NCBI GenBank assembly: GCA_965230295.1
Contig: OZ246001.1
Coordinates: forward strand, 3,040,001-3,104,000
Length of the DNA: 64,000 nucleotides
Direction of reading: 5' to 3'
DNA from: Marinicella sp.
Lineage (GTDB): Bacteria > Pseudomonadota > Gammaproteobacteria > Xanthomonadales > Marinicellaceae
The notes beneath the pieces are model-generated. The model made no database searches. It was not told the DNA's origin and was given only the letters and a program-made list of their open reading frames with translations. A program made the position numbers and the translations under genes. Below are positions 1 to 9,027 of the stretch, in pieces (the first letter of the stretch is position 1; the number at the start of each line of letters is the position of its first letter).

Positions 1-113
1 TATTTCACCTAATGAAAACATGGGTGTTATTACGAATTCTGAATGATTCCTCATGTATTTCTTTAGTGCTGTTTATGCATACAGTTAATTAATATATCGT
101 ATAGAGGTGAATA

Positions 114-620
114 ATGTTAAAACTTTTTAAGAAAACCAAACCAGTCGAAATTCAAGAAAACCAAAAGGATTTTACTGCTCCAGGAACAAGCATCAAATTT
201 TCTCCAAGTTTAATCAATAAACTTGAAGATGATCATAAAACGCTCTTAAGTATTTTTACTCAAATTCAAGACGCATACAAAGCGAGAAAATACAAATTGG
301 TCCAAGTAAAACTTAAGCATTTTAAGATGAACTTGATGGATCATTTATTGGTTGAAAATTTGAAGCTTTATGTATATTTAAGTCATTGTTTGGTTAATGA
401 CGATGTCAATTCTCAATTGGTCAGAGAGTTTCGTACTGAAATGGATGGGATTGCTAAAGCTGTAATGACGTTTGTAAAAAAATATGAAACCATCGGCGTT
501 AATAAAGAATTGGCACATTATTTTGAAAGAGACTTAGAAAAAATAGGAATTGCATTGGTTGAAAGAATCATGAGAGAAGAGAAAACACTCTATCCGTTAT
601 ACATTCCTGGTAATTACTGA
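114..620 (+). CDS. Hemerythrin-like (HHE) domain protein
   Basis: LEDDH..L, LMDHLLVENLKLY and RIMREEKTLYP pattern; GAGG RBS upstream. Confidence 0.7.
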   Translation: MLKLFKKTKPVEIQENQKDFTAPGTSIKFSPSLINKLEDDHKTLLSIFTQIQDAYKARKYKLVQVKLKHFKMNLMDHLLVENLKLYVYLSHCLVNDDVNSQLVREFRTEMDGIAKAVMTFVKKYETIGVNKELAHYFERDLEKIGIALVERIMREEKTLYPLYIPGNY

Positions 621-698
621 TCCTTTATTTATGAAAATCAAGTAACAAGTGGTAGGTCTGTAGTAAAGAAGTGATTAATAAAATTTCAACAAGCAGGC

Positions 699-1196
699 TT
701 ACCCCACTTTTTCCCTGTTGTTTAGTAATGCTATTAGTTGGTTTGCAAACTCTTCTCCTTTATCAATTTTAATTGACTCAAGTTCAAGAAACTTGTCATT
801 ACCCAATTGTAATGTTAATCGATCTGCAAATTTTCCAGGTAAGAAAGTTACCCCATTAATATCAAGCAATCGGATTTGACCAATTATTCTTTTTGTCCTT
901 CCAGTGAATGCAGACCTTGCCCATACTAATATTCTCTTGTTACATAATCCAAAAACCATTTGTTGAGCAAGCACAATTTGATTGCTGTCTTCTTTTGTTT
1001 GTTCACTTTTGAGGTTATCTGCTCCAATTAATAAACCTGAAAGATCATTAGTTTTTTTGTGTGTTGACAAACCAACCCGTAATGCTGGTTTTTTAAGGTT
1101 TACCCTTAGACCAATTAATAGTTCTTCATCTGTTAACAGGTATTCATCAATTAATCTATTTAGTTTAATAGTGATCTCATTCATTACAATTTTCAT
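699..1196 (-). CDS. Hypothetical protein (possible PH-like C-terminal domain)
   Basis: 165-aa ORF; start uncertain because it abuts the hairpin at 1198-1254. Confidence 0.55.
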   Translation of the reverse strand: MKIVMNEITIKLNRLIDEYLLTDEELLIGLRVNLKKPALRVGLSTHKKTNDLSGLLIGADNLKSEQTKEDSNQIVLAQQMVFGLCNKRILVWARSAFTGRTKRIIGQIRLLDINGVTFLPGKFADRLTLQLGNDKFLELESIKIDKGEEFANQLIALLNNREKVG

Positions 1197-1197
1197 G

Positions 1198-1297
1198 AAA
1201 AGAGGAAAAGGCTCGTTAGGAAAACAACAAAGTTGAACTAGGGGGAACGAGCCTCTTCATTTTGAACTCACATTTAGTGTGTGATAATTGAGTTCAT
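1198..1297 (-). ncRNA. Candidate sRNA copy 1 (two hairpins, GGCUCG/CGAGCC terminator stem)
   Basis: TGAACTCA/TGAGTTCA stem; AGGCTCGTT(1209-1217)/AACGAGCCT(1246-1254) stem followed by a U-rich tail on the minus strand; same architecture as 4527-4628; phased promoter upstream. Confidence 0.5.
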
Positions 1298-1302
1298 TTC
1301 CA

Positions 1303-1356
1303 ACAATACTCTAATTATGAAGTTTTTCCCTTATATAAATCTGATGAATTTCTGAT
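1303..1356 (-). promoter_or_regulatory. 11-bp-phased ATCAG promoter
   Basis: + strand CTTAT 1330, CTGAT 1341, CTGAT 1352; -10-like TATTGT at 1308-1303. Confidence 0.65.
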
Positions 1357-1741
1357 TTGTATAAGGGAAAAAATATTAAGTGAAACGTTCGAGTTTACCT
1401 AAGGTGCAGAAACTCAAAGGCATATAATTATTTATTTTGAAATTAAAGTTTTCTAATGAGTGCAATTTATAGAATTAAGTAAATAATACCTAAACTTAAC
1501 TCCAAATATTATCATTACTTAAAAGAGGCTAATATAAAAATGAATACTTAACATAAATAAAAGCAATTTAACCGATAAATATCTGCTATGGATCACTATA
1601 TTAATAATAATTTTTAATTAGAACCAACTTTGATTTTCATACCTGACGTTCCTAATATTATTCTGATTATTTAGTATATGATTATAGAAATTAACATTAT
1701 TAAGTGGCTAGATCGAAATCATTAATCTTTCAGTTTTAGTA

Positions 1742-2011
1742 TTACTGGTTGTTAATTTTAGAATTTATGTATTCAATCAATGCAGAAACTTTTAAGTTTG
1801 CTTCAGTCAGCATTATTTTCAATTGTTTATTTTCCTTGTCATAATCTAATTGGTTATTATGCTCATTATTTAGATGGTCTTTAAACTTATACTTCCATTT
1901 TAAAAATGTGCTTTGTGCAATGTCATTTTTCTGACATATGTCATATACAGATTTTCCATTTTGATTTAACTTTAACAATTTAATTCTGTCTTCATCAGTA
2001 AATCTTTTCAT
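1742..2011 (-). CDS. IS3 OrfA-like helix-turn-helix protein (stand-alone)
   Basis: KRFTDEDRIKLL...SVYDICQKNDIAQSTFLKWKYKF...KENKQLK pattern; no DDE OrfB nearby. Confidence 0.65.
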   Translation of the reverse strand: MKRFTDEDRIKLLKLNQNGKSVYDICQKNDIAQSTFLKWKYKFKDHLNNEHNNQLDYDKENKQLKIMLTEANLKVSALIEYINSKINNQ

Positions 2012-2019
2012 AATGCAAA

Positions 2020-2232
2020 CTACCTTATAACATTTAGTTCAATTGGTTTGAAACCAATGGCTTTGAGTTTATTTATTGGTATGATTATTGATATGGTTGG
2101 GTAATTTAGAACTAAGGTTCCACCAGATACCCGAAATTTAACACTCTCTATCATTTCTCCCGATTTCAAATATGCAACCAAATGTTTATTGGAATCAGAT
2201 TTAAACATATTGAGTAAAACAGCACTCACCAT
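2020..2232 (-). CDS. Small Sm/Hfq-fold-like protein A
   Basis: N-terminal helix, then LVAYLKSG, TLVL, IIIPINKLKAIG strand pattern. Confidence 0.5.
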   Translation of the reverse strand: MVSAVLLNMFKSDSNKHLVAYLKSGEMIESVKFRVSGGTLVLNYPTISIIIPINKLKAIGFKPIELNVIR

Positions 2233-2262
2233 TTACATTTCTTCTATATCTTGAGTCGCTTT

Positions 2263-2417
2263 ATTATGAGAACATGGTATAAAAAAAACCTGATCAAAAC
2301 CCAATATTAGCCGGATTATTTTCTATTCATGAAAATTACTTTTTTTAAAGTGATCAGGAAATAATCAAAATTAAATCAAACATTAATCAGGTAAAAGAAA
2401 TGTACAAATATGAAAAT
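2263..2417. promoter_or_regulatory. Divergent pair of 11-bp-phased ATCAG promoters
   Basis: Minus: CTGAT 2290, CCAAT 2301, CGGAT 2312 with CATAAT 2268-2263. Plus: ATCAG 2353, ATCAA 2364, ATCAA 2375, ATCAG 2386 with GAAAAT 2412-2417. Confidence 0.7.
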
Positions 2418-2444
2418 TCAATTTTAAAAATAATATTTACGTCA

Positions 2445-2630
2445 ATGAGTAACTTAATTTTCAAATATGTAACAGGTAGAGATGGGGTTAAACTTTATTT
2501 GTCCAACGGTAGCGTCTTAAAATGCTACATCAGTAGTGTATCAAAACACTACATTTCTGTCAGTTCTTCATCTGGGAATTCTGATGTGATGTTGTCAAAC
2601 ATCAGTGCCATTGGTTTGGAGCCTAGATAA
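2445..2630 (+). CDS. Small Sm/Hfq-fold-like protein B
   Basis: VKLYLSNGSVLKCYISSVSKHYISV...VMLSNISAIG resembles Hfq VSIYLVNGIKLQGQI..F.ILL...HAISTV; start moved from 2400 to 2445 because of the promoter position. Confidence 0.55.
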   Translation: MSNLIFKYVTGRDGVKLYLSNGSVLKCYISSVSKHYISVSSSSGNSDVMLSNISAIGLEPR

Positions 2631-2733
2631 ATATATATTTACACTTTTGGGCCCTCTATTCAATTTTGATCAGCTATTTACCCTAGTGAGGGCTCAGGGG
2701 TGTTTTTAAAGATTTTTTTACAGGTCATAAATA

Positions 2734-2809
2734 ATCAGAGTTTAGTCAGAAAAGACACAGCATTAAATCATGATTTGATCAGGCTTAATCAGACTGAACA
2801 TCATAGACT
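2734..2809 (+). promoter_or_regulatory. 11-bp-phased ATCAG promoter (5 boxes)
   Basis: ATCAG 2734, GTCAG 2745, CACAG 2756, ATCAT 2767, ATCAG 2778; TAGACT 2804-2809. Confidence 0.7.
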
Positions 2810-2847
2810 GGAATTAAATTATATACACAATAAATTAGAGGTGAATT

Positions 2848-3531
2848 ATGAATACCAGGTCTAAATCAGATAATTATGCAGATATGCAATTAGAGTTTTA
2901 CCATCAACCTATTGTTGACGAAATAGGATCCAAACATGATTGGGTTGAGCTACTGGCCCGACCCAAAGTTAATCAGATGCCTATAGGGTTAGATGTGTTC
3001 TTTGGTGCCATGTCTGACAATGAGAAAGTTGATTTTGATATCATGGTTATTAATCGACTTCCACATGTCCAAAAAGAAACTCAATACAAAAGAATCAGTG
3101 TTAATATTTCTCCCTTGAGCATAACAGATCCTTTTTTTATTGAAGTCATTAATCGGCACTTCAACAATCGAACCATAGATTTTTCACGTATTTGTCTAGA
3201 GATTGTAGAAACTGATAAGTTACAAAAGTTAAACAAAAAGAGTATTCAACTGATCAAGCAACTTCGAAAATCAGGTGCTTGGATTGCCCTAGATGATTTT
3301 GGTACATGACACGCCCACTGGGAGCTTTTGCACCATGATTTAGTGGATGTGATTAAAGTAGTTAATGTAAATGTAAATAAATCTGTCAGTTCAATTGATT
3401 TGATTGCATCATTTTCATCATTTGCTCAATCAAATGGTTTTATAACCGTCTTAGAAGGGATTGAAACTGACCAGGATTTAAATCAGGGTATAGAGCAGGG
3501 GTTTAACCATTTTCAAGGCCATTTATTTTGA
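2848..3531 (+). pseudogene. Stand-alone EAL-domain protein with one in-frame TGA
   Basis: YHQPIV, ELLAR, SVNISP, LEIVE, IALDDFGT-TGA(3307-3309), same frame continues to IKV, VLEGIET, FQGHLF. Confidence 0.8.
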
Positions 3532-4526
3532 AATTTTGAAAAAGAATATCTATTTACCGTGTTTGGGTATAAAAACTTTAATACTGATTAGCCGAGACCT
3601 GTTTCAAGGTTTTTATAGCTATTAACAATACAAAGTAGAATGTCCAAAAATCGGGCTTTTTCCTCAGTACATGTTCAATGTACTGATTCTACTTAGAACA
3701 TTCCCCGAATCCTATTTCTATATCAGACATATTCCCACTGAATTCATGGCCAGAATTGGCGGGTTAAATTCATCAAAATACCATTTGTATAAAACTATTT
3801 TGCTGAAAAGATTTGTTATCTCATAGCCAATTAAAGAATAATTTATGGATATATTTGTTTATATACTTTTTATTTAAAACATTAATTGAGAAAGGATTGA
3901 TTGAAAAGAACACTTGGTGTGTATCTAATTAATAAAATTATGATTTCATCGGTTAATACCCCAAATATTCAAGGGCTAATACTAGTAAAAGTACGGCAAT
4001 CCAAGTTGCCTGGAGCGTAAAGAACTGAATCGTTGTTTCTAGTCACAAATATTATTGTTTATTATTTTTGAACTCCAGTGGTTCAAGAAGTGATCTCGAC
4101 AGCATAAATACTGGCTCCGTTCATCATATTGGCAATGACCCGTATATTATCGTCTTTCATACCTGCAAATAGCATGGCTTCTTGGAATGTTATCAGCTAA
4201 TATATGAAGTAATTTCAATTTATTTGAGTTTAACTGAACCCATACTATGCCATTGAAAGGTCATAAATATTGCAATCCTTGCCACAAAGCTATTGACTAT
4301 CCATGCGAATGATTAAATCTTGTTAACATATTTCTCTTTCACAATATTTTTTACTAGAGTCAAATAGAACAATCGGTGAAAGACTCAAAATTATTTTTAA
4401 TTTAAAACAAGGTTTCTGGTTGATAGGGTTCCCTCATTGAGCATACCTGAGAGGTGGAAAATAGGCAGGTAATTTGGTAAGGGCTCAAATCAGACTTGGT
4501 TTCTCATTAGTTCTTTGATTAAATTG

Positions 4527-4628
4527 AAAAGGCTCGGATGGGTAACGAGGGTGAAAAAGGGGGGAACCACCCGAGCCAGTCCAAAATTGAACCCATAAGT
4601 AGAGAGAGAAAAAACTTATTGGGAACAT
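4527..4628 (-). ncRNA. Candidate sRNA copy 2 (two hairpins with CU-rich loops)
   Basis: CCCAATAAGT/ACTTATGGG stem; GGCUCGGGUGG/CCAUCCGAGCC stem (the G-U pair works only on the minus strand) plus UUUU; no long ORF downstream. Confidence 0.55.
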
Positions 4629-4633
4629 GATGT

Positions 4634-4687
4634 ATTATGTTGAAGCAGCAAATAATATTCCTTATAACCAGCTGATTATTTTCTGAT
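4634..4687 (-). promoter_or_regulatory. 11-bp-phased ATCAG promoter
   Basis: CTTAT 4661, CTGAT 4672, CTGAT 4683; CATAAT 4639-4634. Confidence 0.7.
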
Positions 4688-4695
4688 TTAATTAT

Positions 4696-5103
4696 TTATT
4701 GAATGAATCTAACAAGCATTGTGATACTTAAACCAAAAAGAATGAGACCAAAGACACCTTGATATACCGCCAGTTTATTTCTGATCAGTTCTCCTTTGAT
4801 TAAAGCCTCTTTTGATTTAGAAAATAAGACTGAACCTAATAATAAATTCAAACTCAGTAAAAAACCAACATTCACCATCACTACCACCGTTAATATAGAT
4901 ATCAGGTCAAAAAAACCTTGTGACAGTGCCTTTGCTAACATGATGGCGTTATAAATACCCCAGCATAGTAGAGTCAAGCCAATAAGACCTTGATAAGGAA
5001 CCAGTTTCTCAAAAAACTTTTGACTTGCAGGTTTGATTTTAAGAACCAATGACGCTGCAGCAGTCAATCCACCCAAAATGGAAATTAATATACTAAACAT
5101 CAT
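4696..5103 (-). CDS. Hypothetical membrane protein (about 4 TM)
   Basis: Hydrophobic segments; KLVPYQGLIG / KLAVYQGVFG internal repeat. Confidence 0.75.
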   Translation of the reverse strand: MMFSILISILGGLTAAASLVLKIKPASQKFFEKLVPYQGLIGLTLLCWGIYNAIMLAKALSQGFFDLISILTVVVMVNVGFLLSLNLLLGSVLFSKSKEALIKGELIRNKLAVYQGVFGLILFGLSITMLVRFIQ

Positions 5104-5110
5104 TTAATTC

Positions 5111-5365
5111 CTATTTGATTGATAGCTTTCCATTTTCAATGACAACCTTGTCAGACCCGCTGGCTTCTATACTCCCTACGCCCTCAACAATGATTTCACA
5201 TGAACTACAGATTTTGCCTTTAACTGTCCCGCCACTGATTGAGGTTGACATAGTAGATGATTCTCCTTTGACCTTAATGTCATATGATTGACTGTCTTTG
5301 TTATGTAAGCTAACTGCTTGTGAACAAGAACTAAAGAATGCCAATGTTAAAACTAAATATTTCAT
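5111..5365 (-). CDS. Small secreted protein with CSSC motif
   Basis: Signal peptide MKYLVLTLAFFSSCSQA; GGAG RBS before 5365. Confidence 0.7.
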   Translation of the reverse strand: MKYLVLTLAFFSSCSQAVSLHNKDSQSYDIKVKGESSTMSTSISGGTVKGKICSSCEIIVEGVGSIEASGSDKVVIENGKLSIK

Positions 5366-5599
5366 AATATACTCCAAAAAATAAGACAAGATTCGTCCAT
5401 ACGTTGATGGACGTGTTGGGTTTTAGGATACGAACTAAGAAAGTGGTTTACCTTAACAAAACCTACTTTTTTCTGATTTTTTGTTGATCAATGGCTGAAA
5501 CCATAATTTTAGTTTAGAATTGATCAGTTTCTATTGTTCAAGTTTGAACAGAATTACAAAAAAAGATCAATACAGCATTGTATTGGGTTGTCTATTAAA

Positions 5600-5731
5600 G
5601 TATTAAATTTGGATCTACTGGTAAATCAATGGTTAAGTCAGTTGTTGTGTCCTCCCTTGTAGTGATGAATTCAGCTGTGCAGAAGACGGCATCTATACTA
5701 AGCACATCAGGGATAGGGTGGTATATTTCAT
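5600..5731 (-). pseudogene. Decayed 5' fragment of a DUF285 paralog
   Basis: Similar to 7330-7448 and 8820-8880 with a stop and an indel; a degenerate phased promoter remains (CTGGT 5789, CTAAT 5800). Confidence 0.75.
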
Positions 5732-5807
5732 GGTTTTCCCTACTGAATTAAAATTAAATAAATGATGGGTCAGGTTTTCGAATAACAACTGGTCTAAACC
5801 TAATTTT

Positions 5808-7448
5808 TTATTGAGTGGATATCAACCCATCAAAACTGTTTTCAAATATTGATTTGATGATGCGAATATTTTTGTCAAACATATTATCCGCAGGATAACC
5901 GTCTACAAGTCCAATTTCTGGAGTAACACTGCCTGAAACGTTGTTCTCATCGCCATCATCGGCCGAAGTTTCGAAATATATGGTGTAAGTCACAACTTCG
6001 CCTGGACCCATCGATGAAATGGTGTCAGTGACATCTCCAGATCCTCCGCCAACTCCTAAACATAAAGGACCGGCATCACAACTCCAAAGTATGTTAGAAG
6101 CAGTGGTGTCTAACATGATTTGAACTTCAATGTTATTTGAAAAGGCAAATCCTGAATTTTGTACCAACACCGTAAGCTGCGCATCATTTCCATCAATTAC
6201 TTGATTACTTGGTAAATGAATTGAAACATCTGGAATACCACAATTCAATCCTCCATGTGTGACAGTCCATCCATATTGATTAATTAAAGTGCTTAGCCCC
6301 GAACCTTGGCAATAAGGTGTGGAAGCAGCACTGAAATTTACATTGTTCATCACATTTTGAGTAGCAAAGTTATTCAGCAAGCTGTCAAAGTTCCTGGTTG
6401 ATAGCCCGGAATTATTGAACATACCAGTCATGTCTTCTACTAAAGGTATTTGCCAACTTGCAAGGTCTGGATTGGCATTTGCTGCCCCATTAAACATGTA
6501 TATCATAGTAGTTACAGATGATACATTCCAATTGCTGACATCAGGGTTGGCAATACCAGCGTTATTAAACATGTAAAACATAACATTTACAGATGACACA
6601 TCCCAATTGCTGACATCGGGGTTGGCAATACTAGCATTATTAAACATGTAGGCCAAATTGGTTACAGATGATACGTCCCAATTGCTGACATCTGGATCAG
6701 CTATAGGAGTACTGTTAAACATATAAGTCATACTGGTCACAGATGACACGTCCCAATTACTTACATCAGGATTGGCAACAACAGCACCTGCAAACATACT
6801 GCTCATATTAGATACTGATGACACATCCCAATCACTCACATTTGGATTGGCAACCATTGCGTTGTTGAACATGGATCTCATATCAGTAACAGATGACACA
6901 TCCCAACTGCTCACATCGGGGTTGGCAACGGCTGCGCCAGCAAACATATGCGACATATTTTTTACAGCTGACACGTCCCACCCACTTACATCGAGGTTAT
7001 TGATTGCACTGTCAGCAAACATATGTGACATATCAGTGACTTGAGATAGATCCGGCACATCTGTGGCAATAAAATCTGTGTTTACCCCACTAAAGGCGCT
7101 ATTCATTGACTTCCATTCAATAGCGCCCCATTGATTTACGCTGGTCAACTGTTCGTTTTGAGCGGCGGCTGAATCAATAAGGTATGTGCTGGGGTAATCG
7201 CCAATGATTCTGATGGTGTGTGTGCCTGCACTTGGAAATGTATACTGAAAAGGTCCTGTTATTCCAGTGAAGTCATACACGCCATCATCATCAATATCCA
7301 CGTCATAATTGTATTGACCTGAATAGTTTGGATCTATGGGTAAATCGATGGTTGGGTATGGAATTGTATTCCATGTGGTGATGAATTCAGCTTGTGCTGA
7401 AGACATCATCCATACAGAAAACATCAGGGATAGGATGGTATATTTCAT
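5808..7448 (-). CDS. Secreted DUF285/BspA-like repeat protein with DUF11-like Ig domain (paralog A)
   Basis: Signal peptide, FITTW, QWGxIEW, 25-aa WDVSSVTxMxxMF repeats, IFENSFD near the C-terminus; start MKYT matches paralog C. Confidence 0.9.
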   Translation of the reverse strand: MKYTILSLMFSVWMMSSAQAEFITTWNTIPYPTIDLPIDPNYSGQYNYDVDIDDDGVYDFTGITGPFQYTFPSAGTHTIRIIGDYPSTYLIDSAAAQNEQLTSVNQWGAIEWKSMNSAFSGVNTDFIATDVPDLSQVTDMSHMFADSAINNLDVSGWDVSAVKNMSHMFAGAAVANPDVSSWDVSSVTDMRSMFNNAMVANPNVSDWDVSSVSNMSSMFAGAVVANPDVSNWDVSSVTSMTYMFNSTPIADPDVSNWDVSSVTNLAYMFNNASIANPDVSNWDVSSVNVMFYMFNNAGIANPDVSNWNVSSVTTMIYMFNGAANANPDLASWQIPLVEDMTGMFNNSGLSTRNFDSLLNNFATQNVMNNVNFSAASTPYCQGSGLSTLINQYGWTVTHGGLNCGIPDVSIHLPSNQVIDGNDAQLTVLVQNSGFAFSNNIEVQIMLDTTASNILWSCDAGPLCLGVGGGSGDVTDTISSMGPGEVVTYTIYFETSADDGDENNVSGSVTPEIGLVDGYPADNMFDKNIRIIKSIFENSFDGLISTQ

Positions 7449-7476
7449 GGCTTTACCTTCTGTATTAATGGACTTA

Positions 7477-7530
7477 ATTATGGAATCAGTCACAAAAATA
7501 AAACTGATTGAACCCTTATTTTTTGCTGAT
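7477..7530 (-). promoter_or_regulatory. 11-bp-phased ATCAG promoter
   Basis: CTGAT 7504, CTTAT 7515, CTGAT 7526; CATAAT 7482-7477. Confidence 0.7.
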
Positions 7531-7547
7531 TTTTTATTGGGTGTGGT

Positions 7548-8942
7548 TCATTCAAAATTGCTTTTAAATATTGACTTGATGATACGAATGTTTTCATCAA
7601 ACAAATTATCTGCAGGGGTAGGATCTACAATTCCTGGTTGCGGTGAGACAGAGCCTATAGCATTGACCTCTTGGCCATCACCGGTCGAAGTGTCGAAATT
7701 AATGGTATACGTCACAACTGCACCTGGGACCATCGATGAAATGGTATCAAAGATTGGGCCAGATGTTCCGCCACATGAATATCCACTATGGTCACAAGTC
7801 CAGAATGCATTAGAAGTGCTGGTGTCTAAAACCAAACTAACGGCAACGTTGTTTGCAGTCAGATATCCTTGATTTTTTACCAATACCATCAGTTGTGGGT
7901 TGTTTCCATCAAGCACCTGAACATTTGATAATTCAATTGCAACATCAGTGATAAGGCAATTAAAGCCTCCATCTGTGATGTTCCAATTATAATTATTAGT
8001 TAGAATCGTTCGAGACGTCGTTTCACAATAAGGTGTGTTGCCGGCACTGAAGTTTACGTTGTTCATTACATTTTGATTGGCAAAATTACTCAGCATGTAG
8101 TCATAGTTCCTGGTTGATAGCCCAGAATTGTCGAACATTTCAGACATGTCGACTACATCAGTTATCTGCCAGTTTGAAAGATCAGGATTGGCAGAGGTCG
8201 CTTCTAAGAACATTCCAGACATATCAGTTACAGATGATACAACCCAATTGTTTACATCGGGATTGGCCCTAGTTGTGTAATAAAACATATAGCTCATGTC
8301 AGTAACAGAAGATACGTCCCATCGACTTACATCAGGATTGGCAACAGTAGTACCGCCAAACATAAAACCCATGTCGGCTACTGAAGACACATCCCAATTA
8401 CTTACGCCGGGATCTGAAACATCAACGCCAAAGAACATGGCATACATATTGGAAACAAGTGACACATCCCATCTACTTACATCGAGGTTATTGATTTCAC
8501 TGAAAGAAAACATATATGACATATCAGTGACTTGAGATAGATCCGGCACATCTGTGGTCAAAAAGTTTGTAGTCACACTAGAAAAGGCAAATTTCATTGA
8601 CTTCCATTCAATATCGCCCCATTGATCTAAGCTGATCAACTGGTCGTTTAGGGCAGCGGTTGAACCAATAAAATAAGGGTTGGGGTAATCTCCCTTGATT
8701 CTGATGGTGTATATACCAGCACTTGGAAATGTATGCTGAAAAGATCCTGTAATTCCAGTGAAGTCATACACGCCATCATCATCAGTATCTATGTCATAAT
8801 CGTATTGAGTTGAATAGTTCGGATCTACTGGTAAATCAATGGTTAAGTCGGTTGTTGAGGCCTCCCATGTAGTTATGAACGGCCGAGCATCTGCATAAAA
8901 AGTCACCAGCAAAAAACATATAGTAGTTATTGTCAATCTCAT
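7548..8942 (-). CDS. Secreted DUF285/BspA-like protein (paralog B)
   Basis: Same architecture; ends IFKSNFE. Confidence 0.9.
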   Translation of the reverse strand: MRLTITTICFLLVTFYADARPFITTWEASTTDLTIDLPVDPNYSTQYDYDIDTDDDGVYDFTGITGSFQHTFPSAGIYTIRIKGDYPNPYFIGSTAALNDQLISLDQWGDIEWKSMKFAFSSVTTNFLTTDVPDLSQVTDMSYMFSFSEINNLDVSRWDVSLVSNMYAMFFGVDVSDPGVSNWDVSSVADMGFMFGGTTVANPDVSRWDVSSVTDMSYMFYYTTRANPDVNNWVVSSVTDMSGMFLEATSANPDLSNWQITDVVDMSEMFDNSGLSTRNYDYMLSNFANQNVMNNVNFSAGNTPYCETTSRTILTNNYNWNITDGGFNCLITDVAIELSNVQVLDGNNPQLMVLVKNQGYLTANNVAVSLVLDTSTSNAFWTCDHSGYSCGGTSGPIFDTISSMVPGAVVTYTINFDTSTGDGQEVNAIGSVSPQPGIVDPTPADNLFDENIRIIKSIFKSNFE

Positions 8943-8971
8943 GGAATTCTACCTCTGAATTAAGAGATTTA

Positions 8972-9025
8972 ATTATGGAACCAGTCACAAAAGAATTACT
9001 GATCGAATCCTTATGTTTGACTGAT
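8972..9025 (-). promoter_or_regulatory. 11-bp-phased ATCAG promoter
   Basis: CTGAT 8999, CTTAT 9010, CTGAT 9021; CATAAT 8977-8972. Confidence 0.7.
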
Positions 9026-9027
9026 TT

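Noticed and set aside
39-65. Another phased promoter (CTGAA 39, CTCAT 50) for a gene left of the window
   Set aside because: Degenerate boxes with no -10 at the fixed spacing; cannot be supported
3307-3309. Selenocysteine or readthrough at the EAL TGA
   Set aside because: The position is a conserved Gly rather than Cys, and no convincing SECIS hairpin follows
3540-4480. Possible gene in the ORF-free AT-rich gap
   Set aside because: Only short interrupted frames; no family recognisable without a search
4485-4628. 47-aa ORF starting at the sRNA-2 AUG
   Set aside because: It crosses the terminator hairpin, and the paralogous copy encodes only 7 unrelated residues
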